Source: an uncultured Bacilli bacterium (lineage in GTDB: Bacteria; Bacillota_I; Bacilli_A; RF39; UBA660). Taken from it: a stretch of DNA of 62,344 nucleotides. The translations under genes were made by a program, and so were the position numbers. How positions within the stretch are numbered: position 1 is the stretch's first letter; each line of letters begins with the position of its first letter. Shown piece after piece: positions 20,153 to 31,029 of this stretch. Under the pieces are notes generated by a model that searched no databases, had not been told where the DNA came from, and was given only the letters and a program-made list of their open reading frames with translations. Location of the stretch: assembly GCA_947589495.1 (NCBI GenBank), contig CANQAK010000004.1, forward strand, positions 1-62,344, given 5' to 3'.

Positions 20153-22306
20153 TTACTCCTCCGTCTGTTGTTCTTTAAAGAAAACTTTTTTTACAAAAAC
20201 ATCGATTTTTAATTTTTTAGCTGTTTTAACTAAAGCTCTCCACCACCAATGTTGCCATAATTTGTTATTTCGATAAGTTTTATCTATAAAAGCATTTTTT
20301 AAATCTAAATTGTCATTAAAAATTAATTTAGTTGTTTCATTAAATAAAACTAAATATTGAATTGCAAACATTTCATTATCTAATATATCTTTTGAAACTT
20401 TTGAACCATTAGTTATATAATAATTTATTTTATTTTCAAATTCTTCATATATTTTTCTTATTGAGAAATTTTCTACAATATAATTTCGACAACGATTATT
20501 TTCTGTATAATAATTTTCATTTTCTAATATTTCTATAACTTTATCTTCATATAATTTTAATTCTTCTTTATCATAATTAAAATTCATTAAATCTTTACTT
20601 TCTTGAAAAGTTTTTATAATAGCACCAACTTTATTATTAATTACTTCTTTTTGACCTCCTACATCGGAACTAATTACTGGTGTATTCATAGATAATGATT
20701 CATAAGTAGTTAAAGTAATTCCTTCAAATAAGGCACATATAAATGTTAAATTAGCTAATTTATAATATTCTCTAATATCACTTTTTAAAGAAATTATTTT
20801 TACTACATTTTCTAAATTATTACTTTTTATATATTTTAAAATAGCTTCTTTTGCTTCGCCATCTCCAACCATTAAACAAACTATATCATCTCTTTTTTTA
20901 GATATATTTTTTAATACATTTAAAAGAAATAATGGCCTTTTTTCAAAACAAAATCTACAAGGATATAAAATAACTTTTTTATTTTTACAAAATTCTTTAG
21001 CTTCTTCATCAGTTATTTCAATAATATCAGGATTATATTTATCAGTGTCTACACCAATATACATTGTTTCTGTATTATGAACTTTTCTATGCATATCTTT
21101 ATATAATAATTCTTCTAAATGTTTGTTACAGCAAAAAGTTTTATCTAAATAATTTGCAACTGCAACTGAATCTCTTGGAAAACCACCATTACGCCATGCA
21201 TAATTTTCTACATGAATATAATCTAAAATAGGAATATCAGGAAATTGATATTTTAACCAAGGTATTAAATAATATCCATATAAACTACTTAATTGTAAAA
21301 TTAAATCTATATTTTTACTAACAATTAATGATTTTATAAAGTTTGCCCATTCTCTTCTTTTTAAAAAGGTCGTTAAATCATAAAAACCATCAACAACATT
21401 TTCTAATTTTTGTCTTGCTTCATAATTACATATTTCCGTACTAACTACATAAATATTATAACCTTTTGATTTTAAATATTTAAAAATATTATAATTAAAT
21501 AAATCAGCTCCCCCTATTTTATGCCAAGGTATCATACATAAAATATTTTTATTTTTTTCTAAAGTTCCTAATTTAATAGTTTCATTATTTGGTATTGTAT
21601 TAAAATCATAATTAGAACTACTTGGGAAATTTTTAAAACTTGCATTTTTTAATTTTATATGATTTTCTTGAGTATTTTTATGCCATATTCCATAAAAATC
21701 AAAATGAACTACTAAAAAATTTCCATCAACTTTATATAAATTATTTTCTAATTTAATTATATTTTTATAAATGTCTTTACGAAAACAAAAACTTCTTGAA
21801 GAAAAATTAATTATTTTTTTTCTAGTAGATACTACTATTTTATTTATAGTTTTTTCATCATCGATACTAATAACATTTGTATAAATAACTCCAGGCTTTT
21901 TATAATAAGTTATATAACTATAATATGTTTCTAATAAAGTTCTATCTAAAAATGTTTCAAAATCAATTTTAATTAAATAATCTGTATCAAAATTATCAAC
22001 TATATTTTCTAAATTATTTTTGAAAATAATTCTTGAATCATTAATATTATTTTCTTTTAAAAATTGTTCAAATCTTTTATTATTTTTTTTAGTTCCAATT
22101 ATAACCCATTCAAAACATTCATAAGTTTGTTCAAAAATACTATTAATTGTTTCAATATTAAAAGTGGTAAAATCATCAATAAGAGTATATAAAGAAAAGA
22201 ATGGTTTGATTTTTTTAGTAATTAACTTTTTAGTTAATACTTTACCTGGGTAATTATTAAAATTTATTAATTCTACTGCTTTTTTCATTTTTTTCACTTC
22301 TTTCAT
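20153..22306 (-). CDS. two-domain glycosyltransferase (GT2-like N-terminus, GT4-like C-terminus)
   Basis: 717 aa. The C-terminal FEGITLTTYESLSMNTPVISSDVGG is a GT-B E-x7-E type motif. The N-terminal region resembles a degenerate GT2. Confidence 0.6.
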   Translation of the reverse strand: MKEVKKMKKAVELINFNNYPGKVLTKKLITKKIKPFFSLYTLIDDFTTFNIETINSIFEQTYECFEWVIIGTKKNNKRFEQFLKENNINDSRIIFKNNLENIVDNFDTDYLIKIDFETFLDRTLLETYYSYITYYKKPGVIYTNVISIDDEKTINKIVVSTRKKIINFSSRSFCFRKDIYKNIIKLENNLYKVDGNFLVVHFDFYGIWHKNTQENHIKLKNASFKNFPSSSNYDFNTIPNNETIKLGTLEKNKNILCMIPWHKIGGADLFNYNIFKYLKSKGYNIYVVSTEICNYEARQKLENVVDGFYDLTTFLKRREWANFIKSLIVSKNIDLILQLSSLYGYYLIPWLKYQFPDIPILDYIHVENYAWRNGGFPRDSVAVANYLDKTFCCNKHLEELLYKDMHRKVHNTETMYIGVDTDKYNPDIIEITDEEAKEFCKNKKVILYPCRFCFEKRPLFLLNVLKNISKKRDDIVCLMVGDGEAKEAILKYIKSNNLENVVKIISLKSDIREYYKLANLTFICALFEGITLTTYESLSMNTPVISSDVGGQKEVINNKVGAIIKTFQESKDLMNFNYDKEELKLYEDKVIEILENENYYTENNRCRNYIVENFSIRKIYEEFENKINYYITNGSKVSKDILDNEMFAIQYLVLFNETTKLIFNDNLDLKNAFIDKTYRNNKLWQHWWWRALVKTAKKLKIDVFVKKVFFKEQQTEE

Positions 22307-23079
22307 ATATTACATTCTTTAAAATATTCATCACACAATTCTTTTCCCCCAATTTTTCTTATTTTTCCATGGTCTAACCACACAACTTTATCACACAATT
22401 TTTTTATAGATTCCAGAGTATGGGAGACATATAAAACAGTTGTTCCTCCCATTATCATATCCATCATTTTAGCTTCACTTTTAGCTTGAAAAGCAATATC
22501 TCCTACTGACAAAATTTCATCTACAATAAGTATTTCTGGTTCTACTATAGTAGCTATACTAAACGCAAGTCTTGCTACCATACCAGATGAGAAATTTTGA
22601 ACTGGAACATCTAAAAAATCTCTTAATTCAGCAAAATCAACAATTTCATCAAACTTAGAATCAATTAATTCTTTAGAATATCCCATAACAGCACCATCTA
22701 AATAAATATTTTCTCGTGCCGTTAGTTGAGGATCAAAACCAGCTCCTAATTCAATCATAGGACAAATATTACCATATGCATTAACTTTTCCTTTAGTAGG
22801 TTTCATAACCCCCGCAACTACTTTTAAAAGAGTTGATTTACCAGCACCATTACTACCAATAAATCCTACTACTTCTCCTCTTTTTATTTTAAAACTAACA
22901 TCTTTTAAAGCCCAAAATTCATTTTTCTTTTTTAATTCTTTTTTAGCTTTACGTTTTTTAGGATCAAACATATTTATAAAACCTTGTTTTAAAGAAAATC
23001 CTTTTTCAATTCCTAAATTAAAACGCATTGATACATTTTCTAAATTAATCATCATATCTTCTTGTTTCATATTAATCAC
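22303..23079 (-). CDS. tagH: polysaccharide/teichoic acid ABC exporter ATP-binding protein
   Basis: 258 aa. It has Walker A GSNGAGKST, the signature FSSGM, Walker B LIVDE and the typical Wzt/TagH N-terminus. Confidence 0.8.
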   Translation of the reverse strand: MINMKQEDMMINLENVSMRFNLGIEKGFSLKQGFINMFDPKKRKAKKELKKKNEFWALKDVSFKIKRGEVVGFIGSNGAGKSTLLKVVAGVMKPTKGKVNAYGNICPMIELGAGFDPQLTARENIYLDGAVMGYSKELIDSKFDEIVDFAELRDFLDVPVQNFSSGMVARLAFSIATIVEPEILIVDEILSVGDIAFQAKSEAKMMDMIMGGTTVLYVSHTLESIKKLCDKVVWLDHGKIRKIGGKELCDEYFKECNI

Positions 23080-23865
23080 CTATACATAATAAATAAATTT
23101 ATCTTGATTTTTCTTAAATACAAACATGCCAATTAAAAGAGTACCAAGACCAAATATTAAACAATAAATCCAAACATTTATTGCTGGAATTTGATTATAC
23201 AATATAATATCCCTAGAGAAATATATAAACCAATATAAAGGATTAAATTTAAATAAAAGTTGTAAATTTTCTGGAACAATAGATAAATCATACATAATCG
23301 GAGTCATATACATTAAAAGGGTTATAACAACTCCATATATATAAAACATATCTCTTAAAAAGACAGAAATTGTTGATAAAATAAAACCAACTCCTAAAGT
23401 AAACATAAATAAACAAATAAATGCAAATGGTAATAATAAATGATTTATATTTATTCCTGTCCCTGTTAAGAAAATAATAGCATATAAAGGAATTAATGTT
23501 AATAAAAAGTTAATTCCTACAAATAAACATTTTGATAATGGAAATATATATTTTGGAATATATACTTTATTTATTAATGAGAAATTACCAACAACACTAC
23601 TCATAGCTAAATTACTGGCTTCACTAAAATAGTTAAAAATGACAAGTCCACTCATTAAGTAAACCAAATAGTTAACATCAGGATTATTACTCATTCTAAA
23701 CATTTGTGTAAATACTAAAGCTAAAACGCTCATCGTAAGAAGTGGATAAAGTAAACTCCAAATAATACCCAATACACTTCTTTTATATTTTACTTTAAAA
23801 TCACGACTAACGAGTTGAAATAATAAAAATTTATATTTCTTTATACTGTATATAATATTTTTCAT
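23080..23865 (-). CDS. tagG: ABC-2 type polysaccharide/teichoic acid exporter permease
   Basis: 261 aa with 6 TM helices. The N-terminal LVSRDFKVKYKRSVLGIIWS motif is typical of ABC-2 permeases. Confidence 0.8.
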   Translation of the reverse strand: MKNIIYSIKKYKFLLFQLVSRDFKVKYKRSVLGIIWSLLYPLLTMSVLALVFTQMFRMSNNPDVNYLVYLMSGLVIFNYFSEASNLAMSSVVGNFSLINKVYIPKYIFPLSKCLFVGINFLLTLIPLYAIIFLTGTGININHLLLPFAFICLFMFTLGVGFILSTISVFLRDMFYIYGVVITLLMYMTPIMYDLSIVPENLQLLFKFNPLYWFIYFSRDIILYNQIPAINVWIYCLIFGLGTLLIGMFVFKKNQDKFIYYV

Positions 23866-26066
23866 AGATTCTCCTCTAACTCATTATTATTATACCAAAA
23901 GTTACCAAATAATACTAGAAATAGAAATTGTCCTAAAATAAATAGTTGTTTAAATCTTTTTGGTTCTTTAATCATTCTATATAACCATTCTAATTTTAAC
24001 TTTCTAAAAATTTTTGGAGCTCTTTTAATATTGTTACTGAAAACATCAAATGTTCCTCCAACTGGCATAATAATTTTTATATCTTTAAATTTATCTTTAT
24101 TTTCAATAATAAAATTTTCTTGTAAAGGACTACCTAATGCTACAAATAAAATATCTGGCTTACATTTAAGTATATCTTTTAATACTTCTTCTTTTTTAGT
24201 ATACCCATTTTTATAACCAACTATTTGAATATTTTGATATTTTTTTTCTAAATTAATTTTAGTATTTTTAACTGATGATTCTTTAGCACCATATAAATAT
24301 ATTTTATATTTTTTTTCAATAGATTTTTGGCAAATACTTTCAACTAATTCAATTCCAGGAATACTTTTTTTAATATTATCACTTTTTAACTTAGAAGCTA
24401 AAACAATACCATTTCCATCAGGAATATTAAATTTTTCTTGATTAAATTCATTTAATACTTTTTTATTTTTTCTAAAATTCATTATTATTAAAGGATTAAT
24501 ATTATAAATTATTACTTGATTTTTACTTTCAAAAATTTCTTTTTCAATATCCTCCATACTTTTAGTACTTGTTTTAAATCCTAAAAAATATTCATAATCT
24601 TCTTTTAAACTTTTTTTATTAATATTACTTAAAGCATACCCTATAACAAAAGAAATTGGAATAATTGTACTAGTGGCATTTAAAATATTACCGGTAAAAT
24701 AAGATGATACTAAAAAGTAAAAAATACTAAATATTAACATTAAATTTTCATATTTAAAATATTTTTTCATATTAAATATTGTTTTAAATCCCATATACAT
24801 AAGAATTACAATATTTACTCCTAAAATTAAAATTACCCCCAATATTCCTAAAGCATAATATTGCATTACATAATCAGATTCAATATTAAAAATGTTCATA
24901 ACTCTGTCATAACCAATACCTAAATATTTATCTAGCTTATTATTATTTAAACTTTTAACTCTTTTAATAACTTGCAATTCTAAAAATCTTGTATCATTTA
25001 TCTTCGTTGTATTCATACTAACATAATTCTCATAAAATTCTCTATCTACTTCAATTGGATAATAAAAATTATAAAAATTAGATGAAATATTAAAATCATT
25101 TATATATTCTTTTAACTCTTCAATACTTAAATCACTTAAAATTATTGGTTCAGTTACTTCTTCAACTTGTTTTTCTGGTACTTCTTCATTAAACATATTA
25201 TCATATAATACATTTCTACTTAATAAAGGACATACATTATATAAAGTTAAAGATAAAACTAATAATAAAACCATTAATATCCCATATTTATAATTTAATT
25301 TTTCATTTTGCATAAAAGAAGTAATTAAGTAAAAAATAAATGCTGCAATTAATATAATAAAAGTTGAATAAGAAGATATTCTTGTTCCTAAAATAAATAA
25401 TGATAAGATAATTAAAATAACATTTATTATATTAAACAAGTTTATTTTTTCTTTTAATTTAATTAAAATTATTGGTAAATATAATACTAAGATGGCTGAT
25501 ATTTGATTTGTTAAATGAAAATATCCTTTGCTAGATGAAATAGCATAATCAATATAAGGAATAGTAAACCAATCAAATATATTATATGTTACTGGCTCAA
25601 AACTATAAGAAGTATAACCTATTTTAAATATATTACAAATAACTATTGATAAACTAATTAAAAAAGCAGATAGACTAATTAATTTATAAAATTTATCTTT
25701 ATCATATTGTAATTTATAAATAATAAATATTAAAAAGACATTCATAAACATTTTAATAAAATATAATATTTCAGATGAATATCTAAATACTGTATTAAAA
25801 GGTATAGAAAATAAAGAAGCATTCCATAAATGTAATCCAATATAAATAATCAGTATAAAAAAATATATTAAAAGTAATTTACGTTCTTTTTTAGTAGCAT
25901 ACTTAAAATAAATAATTAAAAATAAAATAGTAATAAAACCTACTCTAATTAAAGTAGAAATACTATTATAAAATATATGTAAATCTAAAATTATAGAAAA
26001 AAGATAAAATATAAAAATATAATTAATTAAATTTTCTCTTGATAGTAGTTTTTGTAAATACTTCAT
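23862..26066 (-). CDS. fusion protein: O-antigen-ligase/polymerase-like membrane domain + WecG/TagA (GT26) glycosyltransferase
   Basis: 734 aa. About 480 aa form a polytopic membrane region. The C-terminal domain has LYGAKE, PDILFVALGSPLQE, PVGGTFDVFS and LEWLYRMIKEPKR, typical of TagA/WecG/CpsF. Confidence 0.7.
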   Translation of the reverse strand: MKYLQKLLSRENLINYIFIFYLFSIILDLHIFYNSISTLIRVGFITILFLIIYFKYATKKERKLLLIYFFILIIYIGLHLWNASLFSIPFNTVFRYSSEILYFIKMFMNVFLIFIIYKLQYDKDKFYKLISLSAFLISLSIVICNIFKIGYTSYSFEPVTYNIFDWFTIPYIDYAISSSKGYFHLTNQISAILVLYLPIILIKLKEKINLFNIINVILIILSLFILGTRISSYSTFIILIAAFIFYLITSFMQNEKLNYKYGILMVLLLVLSLTLYNVCPLLSRNVLYDNMFNEEVPEKQVEEVTEPIILSDLSIEELKEYINDFNISSNFYNFYYPIEVDREFYENYVSMNTTKINDTRFLELQVIKRVKSLNNNKLDKYLGIGYDRVMNIFNIESDYVMQYYALGILGVILILGVNIVILMYMGFKTIFNMKKYFKYENLMLIFSIFYFLVSSYFTGNILNATSTIIPISFVIGYALSNINKKSLKEDYEYFLGFKTSTKSMEDIEKEIFESKNQVIIYNINPLIIMNFRKNKKVLNEFNQEKFNIPDGNGIVLASKLKSDNIKKSIPGIELVESICQKSIEKKYKIYLYGAKESSVKNTKINLEKKYQNIQIVGYKNGYTKKEEVLKDILKCKPDILFVALGSPLQENFIIENKDKFKDIKIIMPVGGTFDVFSNNIKRAPKIFRKLKLEWLYRMIKEPKRFKQLFILGQFLFLVLFGNFWYNNNELEENL

Positions 26067-26134
26067 TATTGCACCTCTTTTATACTATGTAATCTAATTA
26101 TAACTTATAAAATATAAAAAAGAAAGAAATTCCA

Positions 26135-27181
26135 CTATTTCTTTCTTTTATGGTCATATAATATATCTGTTTTTAATATAACAAATAAGATTAAAATCAT
26201 TACTAATAAATATAATACTATTGCTTCATGATTATTACCAATTACATATAAAATTGAAATAACTGCAAAGATTAAATTAATTAAATAAATAATTAAAATA
26301 CTTATTTTTGGAGAAAATTTCAATTTTAGTAATTGATGGTGAAAATGTTCTTTATCCGGAGCTCCAATATTTTCACCTTTAATAAGTCTTCTAAAAATAG
26401 CAAATAAAGTATCACATATAGGAATAGCTAAAATAGTTATTGGAATAATTAAAGATGTAAGAGTTGCTACTTTAAATCCTAAAAGAGAGATAACTGCTAT
26501 TATAAAACCTAAAAATAAACTACCTGAATCTCCCATAAAAATTTTAGCGGGAGGAAAATTAAAAACTAAAAATCCTAATGTTGAACCTAACATAATTAAA
26601 GATAATATTATATCAAGTCCTCCTAATTTATTTAAAATAAAAGCTATAATTCCTATTGTTAAAAAATAAATAGTACTAACTCCAGCAGCTAAACCATCTA
26701 AACCATCTATAATATTTATAGCATTTGATATAGCTACTATAAAAAATGTTGATAATATGTAACTTATTAACATATTAAATTTTAAATGTATTCCTAAAAA
26801 AGTAATTTCATTAAAATATATTTGACCATATAATACCACTATTAAAGCCGCAATTATTTGAACTAAAAATTTATATCGAGCTCTAATTGGTTTAACATCA
26901 TCAAAAATACCAATTAACAAGATAATAAAAGATCCTATTAGTATTGATAACATTTGAGTAGTAATTTCTCCATATAAAATATAACCTAAAAGAAATGCTC
27001 CAAATATTGCTAAACCACCTAGTCTAGGCATTGGCTTTTTATGAACTTTTCTTTCATTTGGAAAATCAATCGCTCCAACATGACGAGCAATTTTTTGACA
27101 TATTGGTACTAATAATAAGCTAGTAATAAAAGTAATAATTATTATTTCTAACACATTATGACCATTTACATTCCAATACAT
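26135..27181 (-). CDS. tagO: UDP-GlcNAc:undecaprenyl-phosphate GlcNAc-1-phosphate transferase
   Basis: MraY/WecA family. It has PNERKVHKKPMPRLGGLAIF, NAINIIDGLDGLA and FMGDSGSLFLGF. The track start is 27229. The ATG at 27181 with GGTG 7 nt upstream is more plausible. Confidence 0.8.
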   Translation of the reverse strand: MYWNVNGHNVLEIIIITFITSLLLVPICQKIARHVGAIDFPNERKVHKKPMPRLGGLAIFGAFLLGYILYGEITTQMLSILIGSFIILLIGIFDDVKPIRARYKFLVQIIAALIVVLYGQIYFNEITFLGIHLKFNMLISYILSTFFIVAISNAINIIDGLDGLAAGVSTIYFLTIGIIAFILNKLGGLDIILSLIMLGSTLGFLVFNFPPAKIFMGDSGSLFLGFIIAVISLLGFKVATLTSLIIPITILAIPICDTLFAIFRRLIKGENIGAPDKEHFHHQLLKLKFSPKISILIIYLINLIFAVISILYVIGNNHEAIVLYLLVMILILFVILKTDILYDHKRKK

Positions 27182-27255
27182 ATTTAAACACCTATTATTA
27201 TTATACCTAATAAATAATAAAAAAGCCATAAAATTACTTATGACTTATCATTTAT

Positions 27256-28674
27256 TTACTTTTTCTTCTTTTTTTTACTTTTTTTATCATCTTCAAATAA
27301 ATCATACATTTCTGTATCATCATCACTAGAAATTATTTCTTCAATGTTATCTTTCTTTTTATCTTCTAGTGGCTTTTCTTCTTCAACTTTGTTTGTTTTT
27401 TCTTTATTTTCTTTCTTTTCTTTTTTGGGCTTTTTAATATCTTGATCATTTTTCAATACTTGTACCAATTTTTTCTTATTAACACTTAAATGTATTATAC
27501 ATATTACTGATAAAAGTAACGCTACTGAAAAAGCTATAATTATATATAAATATGTTTGATTTAATTTACTTAAATTATCTAATTGAGTAGAATCATATAA
27601 ACTAAATGTCTTATTAATTGTATCATATAAGTAAAAATCTTTTTTACCAGTTTCAATATTCATTGCATAAACTATGTATGATTTTGAACTATTACCCATT
27701 TTACCTACTTTATAATTTTCTCCATCTATATCAAGAGTAGTTTTATCTATTCCTAAAATTTCTTCTTCAAAATCTAAAATAATTAATTTAATACTTGCCC
27801 CGGTTAATTCATTATATTTTTCATATTTACCATTACTATATACAAAGCTTAAAATTGTACCATCTTCTTTTTTTAACCCTACTAAAGTATAATCAATTTT
27901 AGGATTATAACAACCGGGAATTAAATTATCATTAATGGTTACATCTCTTTCAGTAAATGGTTCTTGACATAAATAATTATCTCTTATTTTAACTACTGTA
28001 TAATTTTCTCCATCTACTTGAACATTAATAGGATTTTCATCAACTACATTAACAATTAAATTATATGTTTTAGATTCACCATTCTCTGCTTTAACTACAA
28101 CTGCAATATTATTAATTCCTTCAACTACATTAACTTCTCCTGCTCCAGAAACACTTGCATAACCATCAGTAGGAGTAGCACTTATATTAACACTCTTTGT
28201 TCCTTCGGGAACATTTACAGTATAATCAAAAATATTTTTATCAAAGGAAGGAGAAATTTCATAACCTTCTACACTTAATGATTTTAATGTATTATCTTTT
28301 GATTTTTCTCTTGGTAATGAAACTGTTATTTGAATTGTTTGAGCACCAGAAACAGGACTACCATTATTATCACTAACACTAAAAGGGGTAACTGTAATAG
28401 TAGAGGTTCCCACATTTAAAGCACTCAATGTAATGCTATAAGAACCATTTTCAATCCATGCTCGATCTTCACTTACAGAAATAACAGAAGAATTAGAAGA
28501 AGTAATATTAAATCTTCCTATAACATTTCCACCATTTATAGTCAACTTTGTAGAAGAACCTTTAGTTAAATTTTTACTTCCTACTCCAATACTATAAGCA
28601 GCAGCTTCTACATTAGTTAAACCAATAAATAACATAGTAATTAATAACAATACTTTTATAAAATTCTTTTTCAT
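27256..28674 (-). CDS. surface protein with Ig-like and cadherin-like beta-sandwich domains and a C-terminal membrane anchor
   Basis: It has a signal peptide. NTLKSLSVEGYEISPSFDKNIFDYTVNVP is the cadherin-like (PF12733-type) pattern. A C-terminal TM helix is followed by a K/E-rich tail. Confidence 0.6.
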   Translation of the reverse strand: MKKNFIKVLLLITMLFIGLTNVEAAAYSIGVGSKNLTKGSSTKLTINGGNVIGRFNITSSNSSVISVSEDRAWIENGSYSITLSALNVGTSTITVTPFSVSDNNGSPVSGAQTIQITVSLPREKSKDNTLKSLSVEGYEISPSFDKNIFDYTVNVPEGTKSVNISATPTDGYASVSGAGEVNVVEGINNIAVVVKAENGESKTYNLIVNVVDENPINVQVDGENYTVVKIRDNYLCQEPFTERDVTINDNLIPGCYNPKIDYTLVGLKKEDGTILSFVYSNGKYEKYNELTGASIKLIILDFEEEILGIDKTTLDIDGENYKVGKMGNSSKSYIVYAMNIETGKKDFYLYDTINKTFSLYDSTQLDNLSKLNQTYLYIIIAFSVALLLSVICIIHLSVNKKKLVQVLKNDQDIKKPKKEKKENKEKTNKVEEEKPLEDKKKDNIEEIISSDDDTEMYDLFEDDKKSKKKKKK

Positions 28675-28678
28675 TTCA

Positions 28679-30394
28679 TTACCTTCCCATTATACTATTT
28701 TTTATTTTAACATAATCAGTAGCACCAATTGAATTATTATTATCAGCATCAGCTGCTAAACTTTGTGAAATATTTAATTCACTACCAGATTTTTCCATAA
28801 TATAATTTTTGATTTTAACATAATCGGTAGCACCTATTCCACCATCACCATCGACATCCCCTTTTACAACAATTGTATAATTAGCAGTTTCACTACCATT
28901 ACTAATTGTTATAACTTGTCCAGTTTTAATAATCGAATCATCACTAGCACCACTTACACTAACTGAATAACCATTTAATTTATTTTTAATATCAGATATT
29001 TTTGAATTTATTTCAAAGCCTATTAAACACCCTTGTTGTACTGAAACATTTATATTATTTAATGCACTATTTATACCAGCTGAATTATCAGAACTAGTTT
29101 TAACATTATCAGATCCACCACTTGCCCAAACTAATCCTTCTAAGATAGGACTTTCAGCACTACTACTTGCTCCTATATTAAAGAAATTAAATAATCCTTT
29201 ATAAGTTACCCCTTTATAAGTAAATTCTGCTCCACTAGTAGCTTTTGAACCATTATTACCTGATTCTTGTTTAGCTAAACTAGCTAAATAAACAGGACTC
29301 ATATTAGCAGTTTTTCCTGCTTCAACAAAGATATCAGCATAAGACATATTATCCAAGAAAGAATATTCTGCCATAAATGTTCCTTTTAAAACAGATTGAA
29401 CAACTGTTGATGTATAATTATCACTATAAGTCAAAGATTCAAACATTAATATTCTTTCAGCATTTAAGAAATTTCTTGGATCTAAATAATAACTTACAGT
29501 TTCTCTATTAGCAATATACCAACCATTTTCAGTTTGAATACGACTTCCACTAGATAAATCATAATATTTATCTCCACCTTGAATAGAACTTAAACTTTTT
29601 TCAGCGGTAACAGCACTATTAAAATCTAAATTAGTATGAAGTGCTTTAAAAGTCCAATTTGGATAACTATTATGAATAAGTCTTAATTTACATTTATAAC
29701 TTTCTGGAAATTGTTGAGTATTTAAAGCACTTTCAAATGCTTGATCAGATAAAGCATTTTGACATGAATTATCAATATCTTTTCCAGGTAGATAAGTATA
29801 ATCTGGCATATTATTAAATACGGGAATAGTAAACTCAAGTGGTAAACTTAATAAATTATTTTCTTTATAACTTTTATAACTTGTGTATGCTTCTGAATAT
29901 GGCGCTGCTAAATTAGCCATATATTGATGATTATATACTTTATATGATCCATTTGGATTAACATTAAATTTCTTTAAATAAGAAGTGAATTGTCCTTTAC
30001 TTATATAAGAAGATGAAATAAATTTAGCTCCTCCAACTATTGCACTTTTAGGACTTGTCCAAGGTCTATCATAAATATCTCCTGAAACATTTCCTGATTC
30101 ATCAATTAAAGATGTATAATCTCGACAAACATATCCTGTTTTAGTTCCTTCATAATATATTTGATACCATCCATTAGAACAAGAATCATTACTTTTCGTA
30201 ATATTATTATTAACTAAACTATATTCAGCATTTTTATTTAATTTTTTAATTATTGAATAATTTGTACCTGCACCACTTCGTAAATTAACATCAGTTCCCA
30301 CTATTTTTAAACGACTTTGAGCATAACAAAAATTCATACTTAGTACGAATAAAAAACAACTAAATAACATAATATTTAAATGTCTTATCTTCAT
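28679..30394 (-). CDS. secreted SH3b - N-acetylglucosaminidase - dockerin protein (putative autolysin)
   Basis: It has a signal peptide, an SH3b-like segment (VNLRSGAGTNYSIIKKL) and a glucosaminidase core (FVEAGKTANMSPVYLASLAKQESG). Two C-terminal dockerin-type repeats are present: GDVDGDGGIGATDYVKIKNYIM and ADADNNNSIGATDYVKIKNSIM. Confidence 0.7.
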   Translation of the reverse strand: MKIRHLNIMLFSCFLFVLSMNFCYAQSRLKIVGTDVNLRSGAGTNYSIIKKLNKNAEYSLVNNNITKSNDSCSNGWYQIYYEGTKTGYVCRDYTSLIDESGNVSGDIYDRPWTSPKSAIVGGAKFISSSYISKGQFTSYLKKFNVNPNGSYKVYNHQYMANLAAPYSEAYTSYKSYKENNLLSLPLEFTIPVFNNMPDYTYLPGKDIDNSCQNALSDQAFESALNTQQFPESYKCKLRLIHNSYPNWTFKALHTNLDFNSAVTAEKSLSSIQGGDKYYDLSSGSRIQTENGWYIANRETVSYYLDPRNFLNAERILMFESLTYSDNYTSTVVQSVLKGTFMAEYSFLDNMSYADIFVEAGKTANMSPVYLASLAKQESGNNGSKATSGAEFTYKGVTYKGLFNFFNIGASSSAESPILEGLVWASGGSDNVKTSSDNSAGINSALNNINVSVQQGCLIGFEINSKISDIKNKLNGYSVSVSGASDDSIIKTGQVITISNGSETANYTIVVKGDVDGDGGIGATDYVKIKNYIMEKSGSELNISQSLAADADNNNSIGATDYVKIKNSIMGR

Positions 30395-30547
30395 GTTATA
30401 CCAACTTTCTATAATATTTTATCACATTTTTCTATATAATTCGCTATTTAAACTGTTATTTTGACATTTTTTTCATCTGGTTTACATTTTTTCACTATGA
30501 ATTTTAAAAAACTTATATTATAATATTACCTAAAGGAACTGATTAAT

Positions 30548-30931
30548 ATGCATAGAAATTTTGATGCCATTGACATTTTTTTTATCATTGTAATACTTAT
30601 TTATTTCTTTATATTGCTTTTATTCATAGTAATTTTTATTGATAAATATTTTAATATTGATAAAGAAAAAGAAGTAAAAGTTAAAAAGAAGAAACCTAAA
30701 ACTAAGAAAAAAAGTTCTGTTAAAAAAATTAATACTAAAAAACCAAGTATTAAAAATACAAAAAAAGATAAAGAAAAAACTATTCCAAGTCCAGTTAAAA
30801 ATAAAGTTAAAACTAAAAAATCTTCAACTTCAAATAAAAAATTAAGAGCTAATAAAACTAAGAAAAAAACACCATATAAAAGAAATTATAAAAATAATAT
30901 TTCTTATGTTAAAAATAATCCAAAAAAATAA
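30548..30931 (+). CDS. membrane-anchored lysine-rich hypothetical protein
   Basis: 127 aa with one TM helix and an extremely K-rich tail. Coding status is plausible (terminator at 30930..30962) but unproven. Confidence 0.4.
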   Translation: MHRNFDAIDIFFIIVILIYFFILLLFIVIFIDKYFNIDKEKEVKVKKKKPKTKKKSSVKKINTKKPSIKNTKKDKEKTIPSPVKNKVKTKKSSTSNKKLRANKTKKKTPYKRNYKNNISYVKNNPKK

Positions 30932-30962
30932 AAATACGTCAAAATGTATTTTTATTTTTTTT
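30930..30962 (+). terminator. intrinsic terminator
   Basis: Stem aaatac (30932..30937) pairs with gtattt (30946..30951), followed by a T-run. Confidence 0.5.
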
Positions 30963-31029
30963 ATATTTTAATTAAAAAGGAAGTGATGAGTAGCGTTGCC
31001 TATTCCAAATTTTTTAGAGAAATTCCATT

